Of a DNA stretch of 12,390 nucleotides, positions 1 to 6,984 are shown piece after piece. Positions within the stretch are counted from its first letter, which is position 1. Each line of letters opens with the position of its first letter. A program made the translations under genes and the position numbers. Under the pieces are notes generated by a model, which worked only from the letters and a program-made list of their open reading frames with translations, ran no database searches and was not told the origin of the DNA. The stretch covers positions 1 through 12,390 of the forward strand of contig JANNWY010000259.1 of assembly GCA_031409335.1 (NCBI GenBank), written 5' to 3'. This DNA comes from Chthoniobacteraceae bacterium (GTDB lineage: Bacteria; Verrucomicrobiota; Verrucomicrobiia; Chthoniobacterales; Chthoniobacteraceae).

Positions 1-85
1 ACCTTCGGCACAGCCAGCGCTGCCGACCATGCCGGCTGCTCCCGTTCTTGACCACTTCCTCACTTTCACAATGTTGGCATTTCAT
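1..85 (-). CDS. IS1-family transposase N-terminus (InsA-like zinc ribbon), runs off left edge
   Basis: Not in the ORF track. Reverse complement from ATG at 85 reads MKCQHCESEEVVKNGSSRHGRQRWLCRR..., the CxxC-x(5-7)-KNG-x4-G-x-QR-x2-C pattern typical of IS1 InsA-type zinc ribbons. The frame is open to position 1. Confidence 0.8.
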   Translation of the reverse strand, partial: MKCQHCESEEVVKNGSSRHGRQRWLCRR

Positions 86-125
86 TCCCTCTGCTTGCCA
101 GCTTCTCCCGCTCGTTGTCAATACC
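1..125 (-). mobile_element. Left end of IS1-family insertion sequence (partial)
   Basis: Minus strand from 125 reads GGTATTGACAACGAG, fitting the IS1-family terminal GGnnnTG and containing a perfect TTGACA (121..116), 40 nt upstream of the zinc-ribbon ATG. The other end is outside the window. Confidence 0.6.
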
Positions 126-316
126 TGTTGAGCAATCCCGAATTTCGCTCGGTGGTTTGCGGCGGCACCACTGCGATCATGCCGGAATCACCGGCGCGTG
201 ATGAACTTCCCGGGCCGTTTTCCCCATCCGGTTAGCAATGGAAAGAGGCGAGGAGTTTGAGAGCGAGCGCGGAAATACTGCTTGAGAGGCAGCACTGCCG
301 CACTTATGAAATTTCC

Positions 317-544
317 ATGAGCACAGGCACCCAGAAGATCATTGAAGTTTGCGAGTCGCTGCCGCCGGAGAAGCGGTCGGAGGTCGCGGATTTTGCCAGA
401 TTCCTGCTCGCGCGCCAGGACGATGAACGATGGGAACGCAGAGGGAGAAAGGGGTCGGTTCTAGAATTTCGCTGCAGCGTGCGTTCAGATGCCGGACTTT
501 GCCCGAACGCCGTTCGCGACGGTTTCGCGCGGATCGAAGGTTGA
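317..544 (+). pseudogene. Small DUF2281-like/antitoxin-like protein, probably disrupted after codon ~41
   Basis: MSTGTQKIIEVCESLPPEKRSEVADFARFLLARQDDERWER resembles small LP-x4-EVxDFxxFL proteins. After 439 the sequence switches to AGAGGGAGAAAGGGGTCGGTTCTAG and the translation stops looking protein-like. In-frame stop at 542-544. Confidence 0.5.
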
Positions 545-604
545 TTTCTGTTGCGAAGGGAGAGTGCGGGGTGGAATTCTGCGGCGGCGGTTCGCAAACC
601 AGTT

Positions 605-802
605 ATGATTGAGCAAACGCATCCCGAACAGATTCGCGCGATTCGCGCGATGAGCCAGGAGCGCCGTCTCGCGGTGGGGATGGCGCTGCTAAAATCGGCC
701 CGACGGATGCGACGCGCGGCATTGAGCCAGCAGCATCCGGAATGGAGTGGGGAACAGCTCGAAGACGCGCTGCGGCGCTGGACGCGCGATGCCGGAGTTT
801 GA
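605..802 (+). CDS. MenA1 (Rv0078B)-like small helical antitoxin, 65 aa
   Basis: ATG at 605. ERRLAVGMALLKSARRMRRAALSQQHPEWSGEQLEDALRRW matches the M-x-R-x2-L-x4-P-x6-[IL]E-x-A-[IL]-x2-W pattern I recall from MenA1. Overlaps the downstream nucleotidyltransferase gene by 14 nt. Confidence 0.7.
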   Translation: MIEQTHPEQIRAIRAMSQERRLAVGMALLKSARRMRRAALSQQHPEWSGEQLEDALRRWTRDAGV

Positions 803-1337
803 TCTCTCGACCATTTTCGCCGCCCCGCTGAACCGGACGGGCGTGCCCTATATGATCGTCGGTTCGGTGGCGGCGATTTCCTATGGGGTGCATCGACTCA
901 CGAACGATTTGGATGCCGTCCTGCAAATGTCGGTCGGAGATGTGCGGAAAGTTCATGCGGCATTTCCTGAGGCGGAGTTCTACGTTCCGCCGATCGAGGT
1001 TTTGCGTGGGGAAGCGATGCGGCGTGACCGGGGACACTTCAATGTCATTCATCACGCATCGGGCTACAAAGCGGATGTCTTTCTGCGGCCAAACGATCCA
1101 TTGGAGGCATGGGCCTTTGCGCGCCGTCGCCCGGTGATGGTGGAGGATGAACAAGTGTGGGTGGCACCGCCGGAACTGGTGATCCTTCGCAAGCTGGAGT
1201 TCTATCGCGAGGGCCAGCAGCGCAAGCATGTGGAAGACATCCGGGGATTGATGAAGTTCGAGAACCTTGATCTTCGCTTTATTGAAGAGAACGTGGAGAG
1301 GATGGGGCTGCGCGATCAGTGGCTTGGCTGTCAGTAG
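789..1337 (+). CDS. Pol-beta-superfamily nucleotidyltransferase, MenT1/AbiEii-like putative toxin, 182 aa
   Basis: ATG at 789. Motifs: YMIVGSVAA (hG[GS]xA), RLTNDLD (RxTxDxD), KADVF, and VAPPELVILRKL...KHVEDIRGL. Confidence 0.85.
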   Translation: MPEFDLSTIFAAPLNRTGVPYMIVGSVAAISYGVHRLTNDLDAVLQMSVGDVRKVHAAFPEAEFYVPPIEVLRGEAMRRDRGHFNVIHHASGYKADVFLRPNDPLEAWAFARRRPVMVEDEQVWVAPPELVILRKLEFYREGQQRKHVEDIRGLMKFENLDLRFIEENVERMGLRDQWLGCQ

Positions 1338-1343
1338 AGGAAA

Positions 1344-1382
1344 CCGCCAGTCCACGCTGATTTCCGCCAGTTTTCCACGCTG
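1344..1382. repeat. Short imperfect direct duplication
   Basis: CCGCCAGTCCACGCTG (1344-1359) and CCGCCAGTTTTCCACGCTG (1364-1382) differ only by a TTT insertion. Confidence 0.75.
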
Positions 1383-1673
1383 CCAGAGTAGCTGGCACGC
1401 TCTCCAAGCCGATTTGTGCGCTGTCCAATGCAGATGGCGGGGTGTCCAAGCCGGTTGTCCTGCTGGCGATGGCGATTCTTGCCCACTCCACGACGGGTGG
1501 CACGATGTCCAAGGCGATTGTCCGGCTCTCCAAAGCGGTTGACTGGCTCTCCAAGCCCGCCCGCACGCTGTCCAAGGCGTCTTTCCCGGTGTCCAGGCCG
1601 ATTATACCTGCTGTCCAAGGCCGCTGGTGCAGTGTCCAAAGGCTTTGCTGGGGTATCCGGAACAATTTGCAAT
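1379..1673. repeat. Degenerate 21-bp-period tandem array (~14 units), core STSTCCAAG
   Basis: TCCA core starts at 1403, 1424, 1445, 1487, 1508, 1529, 1550, 1571, 1592, 1614 and 1635, with degenerate units in phase at 1382, 1466 and 1656. Spacing is 21 except for one 22-bp unit (1589-1610). Confidence 0.9.
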
Positions 1674-1720
1674 TGGATTGTTCCAGATGGGAGGCGCACA
1701 TGGGGATGCCTGACGGGCTT

Positions 1721-2692
1721 TCACACGATCAGCATGCAGTCGCCGTAGCTGTAAAAGCGGTAGCGCTCGCGGATCGCTTCCGCGTAGGCGCGCAGGACGA
1801 ACTCGCGGCCGGCGAAGGTGGAGACGAGCATGATGAGGGTGGATTCGGGGAGGTGGAAATTCGTGAGCAGCACATCGACCGCGCGGAATTCGTAGGGCAG
1901 GTGGATGAAGATGTCGGTGGCACCCGCGCAAGTGGTGAGCGGGAGGCCGCGGGATTCGAGGACGCGCGTGGTCGTGGTGCCGACGGCGATGATGCGCGTG
2001 GCGGCGTTGATTTTTGCGGCGTTGTCCGCCCCGATGCGGAAGCGCTCGGCGTGCATCGCGTGGCCGGTGAGATCTTCCGCGTGGACGGATCGAAACGTGC
2101 CGACGCCGACGTGCAGCGTGAGGAATGCGTGCGGGATTTGCGCGAGGATTTCCGGCGTGAAATGCAGGCCCGCGGTTGGTGCGGCGATGGCTCCGCGCTC
2201 CCGCGCAAAAACGGTTTGGTATCGCTCGGCGTCGGCGTCCTCCACTTCGCGCTCGAAATACGGCGGCAGCGGAAGTTCGCCCGCAGCATCGAGATCGACC
2301 GCGCCGCGAAACTCGATGATGCGTTCACCCTCCGGGCAAATCTCGACAACGACGCCCACGACATCGCGCACATGCACCAGGGCGCCAACGCGCATCTTGC
2401 GTCCCGGTTTCACCATGCATTTCCATGCATTCGCGCGGACCATTTCGAGGAAGAGCAACTCAATGCGCCCGTCGTCGGAATAGACCCGCGCCGGGATGAC
2501 GCGCGTGTCGTTCAGAACCACGATGTCGCCGGCCCGCACGAAGCTGGGGAAATCGCGGAAACTGCGATGCTCGATGGTCTGCGTGTCGCGATGCAGCACC
2601 ATCATCCGCGCGTCTTCGCGGCGCGCGGGCGGGTGGCGCGCGATGAGTTCGTCGGGCAGCGTGTAGTGATAGTCAGCGGTGCGCAGGCTCAT
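1721..2692 (-). CDS. queA: S-adenosylmethionine:tRNA ribosyltransferase-isomerase, 323 aa
   Basis: DYHYTLPDELIARHP, VLNDTRVIPAR, PLPPY, RYQTVFA, AAPTAGLHFT, TLHVGVGTF, AVGTT, TNFHLPESTL, YRFYSYGDCMLI. Start ATG 2692 overlaps the upstream gene end by 20 nt. Confidence 0.98.
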   Translation of the reverse strand: MSLRTADYHYTLPDELIARHPPARREDARMMVLHRDTQTIEHRSFRDFPSFVRAGDIVVLNDTRVIPARVYSDDGRIELLFLEMVRANAWKCMVKPGRKMRVGALVHVRDVVGVVVEICPEGERIIEFRGAVDLDAAGELPLPPYFEREVEDADAERYQTVFARERGAIAAPTAGLHFTPEILAQIPHAFLTLHVGVGTFRSVHAEDLTGHAMHAERFRIGADNAAKINAATRIIAVGTTTTRVLESRGLPLTTCAGATDIFIHLPYEFRAVDVLLTNFHLPESTLIMLVSTFAGREFVLRAYAEAIRERYRFYSYGDCMLIV

Positions 2693-3932
2693 GGGTTTTG
2701 GAGTGGAAATGCCACGCAAACACCGGCGGCAGGATGACGATGGCGCGCGTGAAAAGATTCGGCTGCCACGCGCTCCAAAACGGCGTGGTTTCCCAAAGCA
2801 AATAGGCGGCAAGCGTGCTGATGGAGAGCACGGTCCACGCCGGCTGCCGACGCCAGATCGCGAGCGGCAGAATCCATGTCGCATACCACGGATGCAGCAC
2901 GGGACTGAGGATCAGCGCCGCGCCGAGGATCCACAGCGCGCAGCGCGGCCAGTCGCGGCGGAAGCGCACAAGGATCACGGCGGTGACGATGCAGAGCACG
3001 GTGTTCACCGGCCAGTTGCGCTGCCACGGATTCGGGAAAATCCAGACCAGCAGTTCGTTGAAGCGCGTCACTTCGGCGAAGCCGCGAAACGGCTGCAAGG
3101 TCGTGGCGATGCCACCAAATGGAATCGCAAGCGCAGCGGGAAGCGCGGCGCACAGGGCAAGCATCCATGCGCGCGATCCGAGTGCGATAGCCCAGACGGG
3201 AACCAGGATCGCGGGGACGAATTTTAGCGAAACCGCAATGGCCAGACAGAGCACGCTGGCGAATTGCCAACGCAGCGACGACGAGCGCGATTCATGCAGC
3301 GCGACGACCGCGCCGGTGAGCGCCAGCACCATCAAGCTGTCGTAGTGCGCGGCACCAGCGAAGGCGTACACAACCGCCGGATTCCACGCATACCACGCGG
3401 CATCCCGCGCTTTCACGAGCCGCAGCAGCAGCGCGAGCGTGATGAGATCGGCGGCGATGAAGATGACTTTGAATCCATGAACGGACGTGGCGACGCGGGT
3501 GATTCCGGCGAAGATGAATTGGGTCGCGGGGGGATAAATCGCGGCGACTTCCGGGTGATTGATCTTTCTCCAGTCATCGTCCCGCAAATGCGCCAGCTCC
3601 GGCGCGGCGGGACTGCTTTTGTAAGGATTGGCGCCCGCGTTTTGCACGCGCCCTTCCCACGCGTACCGCCAGAAATCATCGCCCGGCGCGCACCACAGCA
3701 TCGCCACGCGGAGTGCGATCGCGAGCGCCCAAAGCGCGCGCGAATGATGGGCCGGCGCGAGCGTTTCAAACCAGCGCACCGCGCACAGAAACGCGACTCC
3801 CGCGAGCAGGATCAGCGGCACGAATTTCAGCACTTCGCCCGATTTCGCAAAATCTCCGTGCATAGCGGCGAGGCCCACGAGCAGGAGTTCGACGCCCGCG
3901 GCGGCGGCGAACAGCGCGGGGCGCGCCTTCAC
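2673..3932 (-). CDS. Polytopic GT-C fold membrane glycosyltransferase (GT87/DUF2029-like), ~419 aa
   Basis: Many hydrophobic segments plus GDDFWRYAWEGRVQNAGANPY, INHP...IYPP, YAWNP, AHYD, SLKF and SPVLHPWY. GTG start at 3932 overlaps the upstream TGA (GTGA). The 723-aa track ORF is over-extended. Confidence 0.85.
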   Translation of the reverse strand: MKARPALFAAAAGVELLLVGLAAMHGDFAKSGEVLKFVPLILLAGVAFLCAVRWFETLAPAHHSRALWALAIALRVAMLWCAPGDDFWRYAWEGRVQNAGANPYKSSPAAPELAHLRDDDWRKINHPEVAAIYPPATQFIFAGITRVATSVHGFKVIFIAADLITLALLLRLVKARDAAWYAWNPAVVYAFAGAAHYDSLMVLALTGAVVALHESRSSSLRWQFASVLCLAIAVSLKFVPAILVPVWAIALGSRAWMLALCAALPAALAIPFGGIATTLQPFRGFAEVTRFNELLVWIFPNPWQRNWPVNTVLCIVTAVILVRFRRDWPRCALWILGAALILSPVLHPWYATWILPLAIWRRQPAWTVLSISTLAAYLLWETTPFWSAWQPNLFTRAIVILPPVFAWHFHSKTHEPAHR

Positions 3933-6562
3933 ATCGCGGGGCGTGGGCGCGCCTTGTCGCCATACACGCGCGTCAGCCCGCAGCGCTCCGCAGCGGCCAT
4001 CACGAGATCCGCGGTGCGCCGCTTCAGCCGCCGCGCGCGCAGGAAAAGGACGCATAGGAAAACCGCGTAAAGCGCGAGGCCCCAGTAGTGGCGGTCGTGC
4101 GCGACCGTGTACCGATACGTGAGCGCGGAAAGCGCGATGACATTGGCGAGGAAGGTCGTGACGACCATCTTGTAGCTGAGTTGCACGCGGGTGAGACACT
4201 TCGGGCCGCCGTGATATTCCGTGACGGTTCGCAGCTTCACGATCCACCAGAAGTTTCCGTAAATCTGCACGTCCCAATCCGACCAGCCAGTATCCGACGA
4301 GTAGCGCCAGCCCTCGGTTTCCAGCAGCGCGAAGATTTCCTCGATCAACTTTTCGCGGCCCATTCCGCTCTCGTTCCAGAAATTCAAATGCGTGGAGCCA
4401 CCGCGGCGCGGACCGGCGACGAGCATTTCCTCCTCGGAAGCGATGACCGCCTGCGGCGTGCGCTTGAATTTCAGCCACGTAAAATAGCGCGCCCAGCCGC
4501 GACCGAGCGGCTGCATGAAGGCGAGGAAGCCGACGAGCAGGCGCGCGGGAAACGTATCGAACTTCGGCTCGATGCGCGCATTTGCCATGTAGGAAAGCGC
4601 GACGGTCACGGTGCCGAGCATCATCAGGTACGGCACGATGCGCAGCCAGGTGAGCGGCACGCTGACGAGCGCAACGAAGGCCGTGAGCGCGACCCATTCG
4701 ATCGAACTCAGGTATCCCGCGATCGCGCTCGGCGGCGGCGCGTAGAGCGATTGGAAAAGGCCCTGACCGAAGACGCCGTGATAGATCACCGGTGGATTCA
4801 GCAGCCACGAGAAACGCGGCACGCCGTAAATCTGGCCCTTCCATTTCGCCTGCCCGGTCGGCCCAAAAAACACGAGATGCTGAAACCGCAGCATCGCCTC
4901 GGCCTCACCGTAGCCTTCCTGCTGCTTACGAAATGCGCGCAGCGTAAAGCGGCGATAGTGCCACACGATCGCGCTCGGGCTGAACGCGACCACGCCGCCC
5001 TGGCTCTGGAGGCGCCAGCAGAAATCCATGTCGTCGCCCGCCTTGCGATATTCGGGATCGAATCCGCCGACGCTGAAAAACGCCCAGCGATGGAACGCCA
5101 TGTTGCACCCCGGAACGTGCTCGGCCACAACATCGGTGAGCAGCACGTGATTCGGCCCGCCCGGCGCGCCCGCGACCGCGGCCTGAATCCAACTCGCGGC
5201 CGGTGGCGAAATATTTGGCCCGCCGACGCCCGCGTAGTCGCCGCTGAGCAGCGTGCCGACCAGGTAGTAAAGCCAGTCGGAATCGGGCATGCAGTCGCTG
5301 TCGGTGTAGGCGAAAATTTCGCCGGTCGCCGCGTGCGCGCCAGCATTGCGGGCGCAGCTCAGGCCCATGTTTGGCTGTACGATGTTTTGGAAAGCGGGGA
5401 GGCGGTGATCATGGGTCCCATGCGTCGAATCGGTCCCATATGACCTATCTCTTTTCGCCAGCCACTTCGCGACGATTTCCTGCGTCGCATCCTTCGATCC
5501 ATCATCCACGAGCACGATTTCGTAGTCGGGATAGTTCACCACATCGAGCGCCGCGAGGCATTCGCCGATCGTCTGCCCGCCATTGTAGGAACAAACGATC
5601 ACGCTCACTTTCGGATAAGCGCGCAGCTTCATGCGCGAGGTGATCGGCGCATCACCCGCGAGTTTTTCCTTCAAGATAGCGAACGCTTTTTTCGGCGTGC
5701 GATCGCGCGTCACCAGTCCAAATTCCCAATCGAGAATCTCGCTGCCGCCGGTGAACCACTCATCCGTCCACGAGAAGAAAATCGTGCCGGCGGCCCCGCC
5801 TTTCACCACCACATCGAGATGCCAGTCGAGCACGTCGGCCTGCATCTCCTGGCCCTTGCGCAGCGTGTCCATGCCGAATTCCCCCATGATGAGTGGCTTG
5901 TCCTCGGCGAGATTTTGCAAACGCGCGAGGTAGCGCTCGAAATCCACGCGGCGCTCGAGATAGACGTTGAAGCTGTAGAAATCGACGTTGGTCGGCAGCA
6001 GATATTCCGTCGGCGGATAACTCGCGTAACTGTAGAGCGGGCGCGGATCGGTCGCGCGCGCCACGTCGATGAGTTGCTCGATAAAGGCGACCACCCGCGA
6101 TGCGCCGAGCCAGCGCACCATCGTCGTCGGCACTTCATTTCCCACGAAGTACGCAAAGATCGCCGGATGTCCCGCGTGCGTGGCGACGCCCTTGCGGATC
6201 GTCTCGATGATGTCGCGCCGGAGTTTCCGCTCATTCAGAAACTCGACGTGCTGCGTCCACGGAATCGAGATAATGACGCGCAACCTGAACTCTGCCGCCA
6301 CATCCAGCAGCCAGCGCGGTGGCACGTGATAGATGCGGATTACGTTCACGCCGAGTTCGCACATCAGCGCGAAGTCCTTCCGCGCGCGCTCCGGCGTGCC
6401 CACAAAATGTCCCTCCGCATCCGGCGCGAACGGTCCATACGTCACGCCTTTCAGGAAAAATTTCGTGTCGCCTGCGTAGAAAAATTTCGCCCGAATTCGG
6501 ATCGGTTCGAGCACCGTCGGAACGGGCGTTTTTGCGGCGATGGGCACGAGGATTTCCTGCAT
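3929..6562 (-). CDS. Fusion of N-terminal clan GH-A TIM-barrel glycoside hydrolase domain, GT2 glycosyltransferase and C-terminal membrane segments, ~877 aa
   Basis: GH part: LKGVTYGPF, GVNVIRIY, VGNE (acid/base), IMGEFG (nucleophile), FSWTDEW. GT2 part: VSVIVCSYN, VDDGS, ARNAG, YTDSDC, GCNMAF, GGFD, GDDMDFCWRL. ATG 6562 preferred, GTG 6592 possible. Confidence 0.9.
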   Translation of the reverse strand: MQEILVPIAAKTPVPTVLEPIRIRAKFFYAGDTKFFLKGVTYGPFAPDAEGHFVGTPERARKDFALMCELGVNVIRIYHVPPRWLLDVAAEFRLRVIISIPWTQHVEFLNERKLRRDIIETIRKGVATHAGHPAIFAYFVGNEVPTTMVRWLGASRVVAFIEQLIDVARATDPRPLYSYASYPPTEYLLPTNVDFYSFNVYLERRVDFERYLARLQNLAEDKPLIMGEFGMDTLRKGQEMQADVLDWHLDVVVKGGAAGTIFFSWTDEWFTGGSEILDWEFGLVTRDRTPKKAFAILKEKLAGDAPITSRMKLRAYPKVSVIVCSYNGGQTIGECLAALDVVNYPDYEIVLVDDGSKDATQEIVAKWLAKRDRSYGTDSTHGTHDHRLPAFQNIVQPNMGLSCARNAGAHAATGEIFAYTDSDCMPDSDWLYYLVGTLLSGDYAGVGGPNISPPAASWIQAAVAGAPGGPNHVLLTDVVAEHVPGCNMAFHRWAFFSVGGFDPEYRKAGDDMDFCWRLQSQGGVVAFSPSAIVWHYRRFTLRAFRKQQEGYGEAEAMLRFQHLVFFGPTGQAKWKGQIYGVPRFSWLLNPPVIYHGVFGQGLFQSLYAPPPSAIAGYLSSIEWVALTAFVALVSVPLTWLRIVPYLMMLGTVTVALSYMANARIEPKFDTFPARLLVGFLAFMQPLGRGWARYFTWLKFKRTPQAVIASEEEMLVAGPRRGGSTHLNFWNESGMGREKLIEEIFALLETEGWRYSSDTGWSDWDVQIYGNFWWIVKLRTVTEYHGGPKCLTRVQLSYKMVVTTFLANVIALSALTYRYTVAHDRHYWGLALYAVFLCVLFLRARRLKRRTADLVMAAAERCGLTRVYGDKARPRPAM
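5411..5449. repeat. 9-bp-period repeat inside the GT2 coding region
   Basis: ATGGGTCCC ATGCGTCGA ATCGGTCCC ATATGACCT ATC. Encodes the low-complexity DRSYGTDSTHGTH loop. Confidence 0.65.
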
Positions 6563-6635
6563 CGAAGGCGGCTGTACTAAAGGGAGTTGCACGTCTGCGC
6601 AACCTCACGCCGCAACCGGAGTGCCCGCAAACCGC

Positions 6636-6863
6636 CTAGCTCGCGATGGGCTCCGGGAGCCCAGCAGGAACCGCGATCTCTTCCTTTTTCTGCTCGACTC
6701 TGGGCGCGGGATATTCGCCGCGTCTCCAACTGCCGGTCCTGAGCGCCTCCGTGTACGGCCCGCTGGATTTCGCGGGTGCATAGAGCGAGCGGCGATTCTG
6801 TGGCGTTTCGCACGCGGTGAGTGCGGCGGCGGCGATGAGCAGGAAGGGGGTGATGAATTTCAC
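6636..6863 (-). CDS. Small hypothetical lipoprotein, 75 aa
   Basis: GTG at 6863 gives [18 protein letters not shown]: basic N-terminus, hydrophobic core and LTAC lipobox. Confidence 0.75.
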   Translation of the reverse strand: MKFITPFLLIAAAALTACETPQNRRSLYAPAKSSGPYTEALRTGSWRRGEYPAPRVEQKKEEIAVPAGLPEPIAS

Positions 6864-6942
6864 AGCGCGCAGGGGAACAGATGAACGCAGGTGTGTCAAC
6901 GGTCGCCGCAATCACGGCCAATTTTCGCGAAAGAAAAAGGCG

Positions 6943-6984
6943 TTGCCTCACCATGCTCCGCCGCTACTTTCGCCGCCCTCAAAC
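6943..6984 (+). promoter_or_regulatory. Putative sigma70-type promoter of DAHP synthase gene
   Basis: TTGCCT (6943-6948)-N16-TACTTT (6965-6970), then GC-rich CGCCGCCC and ATG at 6985. No Shine-Dalgarno. Confidence 0.45.

Noticed and set aside
140..473. 10-bp direct repeat GAATTTCGCT at 140-149 and 464-473 as a target-site duplication
   Set aside because: No terminal inverted repeats are evident inside it, and one 10-mer match is compatible with chance.
1379..1673. CRISPR array
   Set aside because: The conserved part is only ~9 bp and the period is 21 bp, far below CRISPR repeat+spacer size. No cas genes in the window.
789..2692. Functional link between the tRNA-targeting toxin and the tRNA-modifying queA
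   Set aside because: The genes are convergent, and queA belongs to a separate operon. Adjacency is most simply an insertion site effect.
1442..2737. 431-aa plus-strand ORF
   Set aside because: Antisense shadow of queA extended through the stop-poor repeat array, with no recognisable motifs.
3933..4844. N-terminal extension of the 723-aa ORF
   Set aside because: Out-of-frame overlap with the GH-GT2 gene and Arg/Ala-rich nonsense. The GTGA-coupled start at 3932 is better.
4088..5443. 451-aa plus-strand ORF and similar long antisense ORFs (603..1355, 5819..6580, 10109..10915, 11087..12085)
   Set aside because: Shadow frames of well-supported genes in high-GC DNA.
6871..6899. Minus-strand promoter for the lipoprotein gene (TTGACA at 6899-6894)
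   Set aside because: Perfect -35 but no credible -10 at 16-18 nt spacing, so not reported as a feature.
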